Positions 50,393 through 51,006 of a stretch of DNA of 51,006 nt are shown one piece after another (within the stretch, counting starts at the first letter, position 1; the number at the start of each line of letters is the position of its first letter). The DNA is taken from positions 1 through 51,006 of the IMG/VR virus record IMGVR_UViG_3300002054_000002; one strand, given 5' to 3'. This DNA comes from a virus. Made by a program: the position numbers and the translations under genes. A model generated the notes under the pieces. It did not search any database and was not told the origin of the DNA. It saw nothing but the letters and a program-made list of their open reading frames with translations.

Positions 50393-51006
50393 TGCAGAAC
50401 ATTCACAACATGGACTGGCGAGAGGGCATTGTCAACATTGCCGATAAGTCAGTCGACCTTGTACTGAGCGACCCTCCGTATGGTATGAGCTATCAATCGA
50501 ACATGAGAAAAAACAAACACGAGAAAATCAAGGACGACGATAACCTTGACTGGTTGCCACATTGGCTCTCCGAAATGAAAAGAGTGTGCAAGGACAATGC
50601 ACACTTGTACATATTCTGCTCGTGGCACAAGGTCGATGTGTTCAAGCAGGAGGTTGAGAAACACTTCAGGCTTAAAAATATCCTCATTTGGGAGAAAAAT
50701 AACGGGGGCATGGGAGACCTTGAGGGCGATTACGCTCCCCGGTACGAGATGGTTCTGTTCTGTTCCAATGGAGAGCGCAAGCTCAATGGGCGCAGGGACG
50801 ATAACATACTTAAAAGCCCAAAGACCCAAAATGAATACCACCCAACGGAGAAGCCCGTCGATTTGTTCTCGTACCTAATCGAGAAGAGTACCGAAGAGGG
50901 CGACCTTGTTTTGGATACGTTCGGGGGTAGTTGTGTTACAGCCGTTGCCTGCCGTCAAAAAAAGCGTCGGGCAGAAGTGTTCGAGATTGAAGAGAAGTAT
51001 TGTCAC
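50392..51006 (+). CDS. Second beta-class amino-DNA-methyltransferase (5' part; continues at nt 50..94 across the circular junction)
   Basis: TAATG junction. Motif IV LSDPPYG (50470-81), HPTEKP, and motif I VLDTFGGS. There is no stop before the window end. Confidence 0.85.
   Translation, partial: MQNIHNMDWREGIVNIADKSVDLVLSDPPYGMSYQSNMRKNKHEKIKDDDNLDWLPHWLSEMKRVCKDNAHLYIFCSWHKVDVFKQEVEKHFRLKNILIWEKNNGGMGDLEGDYAPRYEMVLFCSNGERKLNGRRDDNILKSPKTQNEYHPTEKPVDLFSYLIEKSTEEGDLVLDTFGGSCVTAVACRQKKRRAEVFEIEEKYCH
50958..51006. repeat. Second copy of the 49-bp terminal repeat
   Basis: Identical to nt 1-49. Confidence 0.95.

Noticed and set aside
1-51006. Search for lysogeny genes (integrase, CI-type repressor, excisionase), CRISPR arrays, reverse transcriptase/DGR, DNA polymerase and primase
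   Set aside because: None was recognisable by motif reading of any ORF. Absence by eye is weak evidence and should be confirmed with HMM searches.

Overview
The window is a complete, circularly permuted dsDNA tailed-phage genome. Nt 1-49 are identical to nt 50958-51006, so the unit length is about 50,957 bp, and one gene reads straight across the junction. All credible genes (about 90) lie on the + strand. They are tightly packed, and many are coupled by ATGA/TAATG stop-start overlaps. There are no Shine-Dalgarno sequences, and intergenic regions contain TAnnTTTG -7 boxes, which points to a Bacteroidota host. Module order: replication/early genes (39.7-51.0 kb, continuing at 0-4.6 kb) with SSB, XRE-type HTH, PD-(D/E)xK nuclease, HNH, MazG, HTH initiator, RecA-fold helicase, RusA-like and NinG-like proteins and three DNA methyltransferases; packaging (TerS/TerL, 5.5-7.5 kb); an accessory island (7.5-11.5 kb); head genes (11.7-18.5 kb: portal, scaffold, capsid); a long non-contractile-type tail module (18.5-37 kb: chaperone pair with -1 frameshift, 1184-aa tape measure, several fibers including a collagen-like one and a PKD-domain protein); and lysis genes (37.0-39.5 kb: membrane proteins/holin, amidase endolysin, spanin-like pair). 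I recognised no integrase, repressor module, DNA polymerase, primase or CRISPR array. The most unusual signal is in the C5-cytosine methyltransferase gene (49.18-50.39 kb). There, two different reading frames stay open over the same 981 nt, and each frame carries a different set of conserved-looking methyltransferase/TRD motifs. Other points worth a second look: a tRNA-like element with no anticodon arm; an SSB-type DDLPF tail on the helicase; four near-identical promoter cassettes; iteron-like repeats inside the initiator gene; two fibers sharing an N-terminal anchor domain; and a non-lipoprotein outer-membrane spanin analogue. All functional calls rest on motif reading by eye, with no database search.
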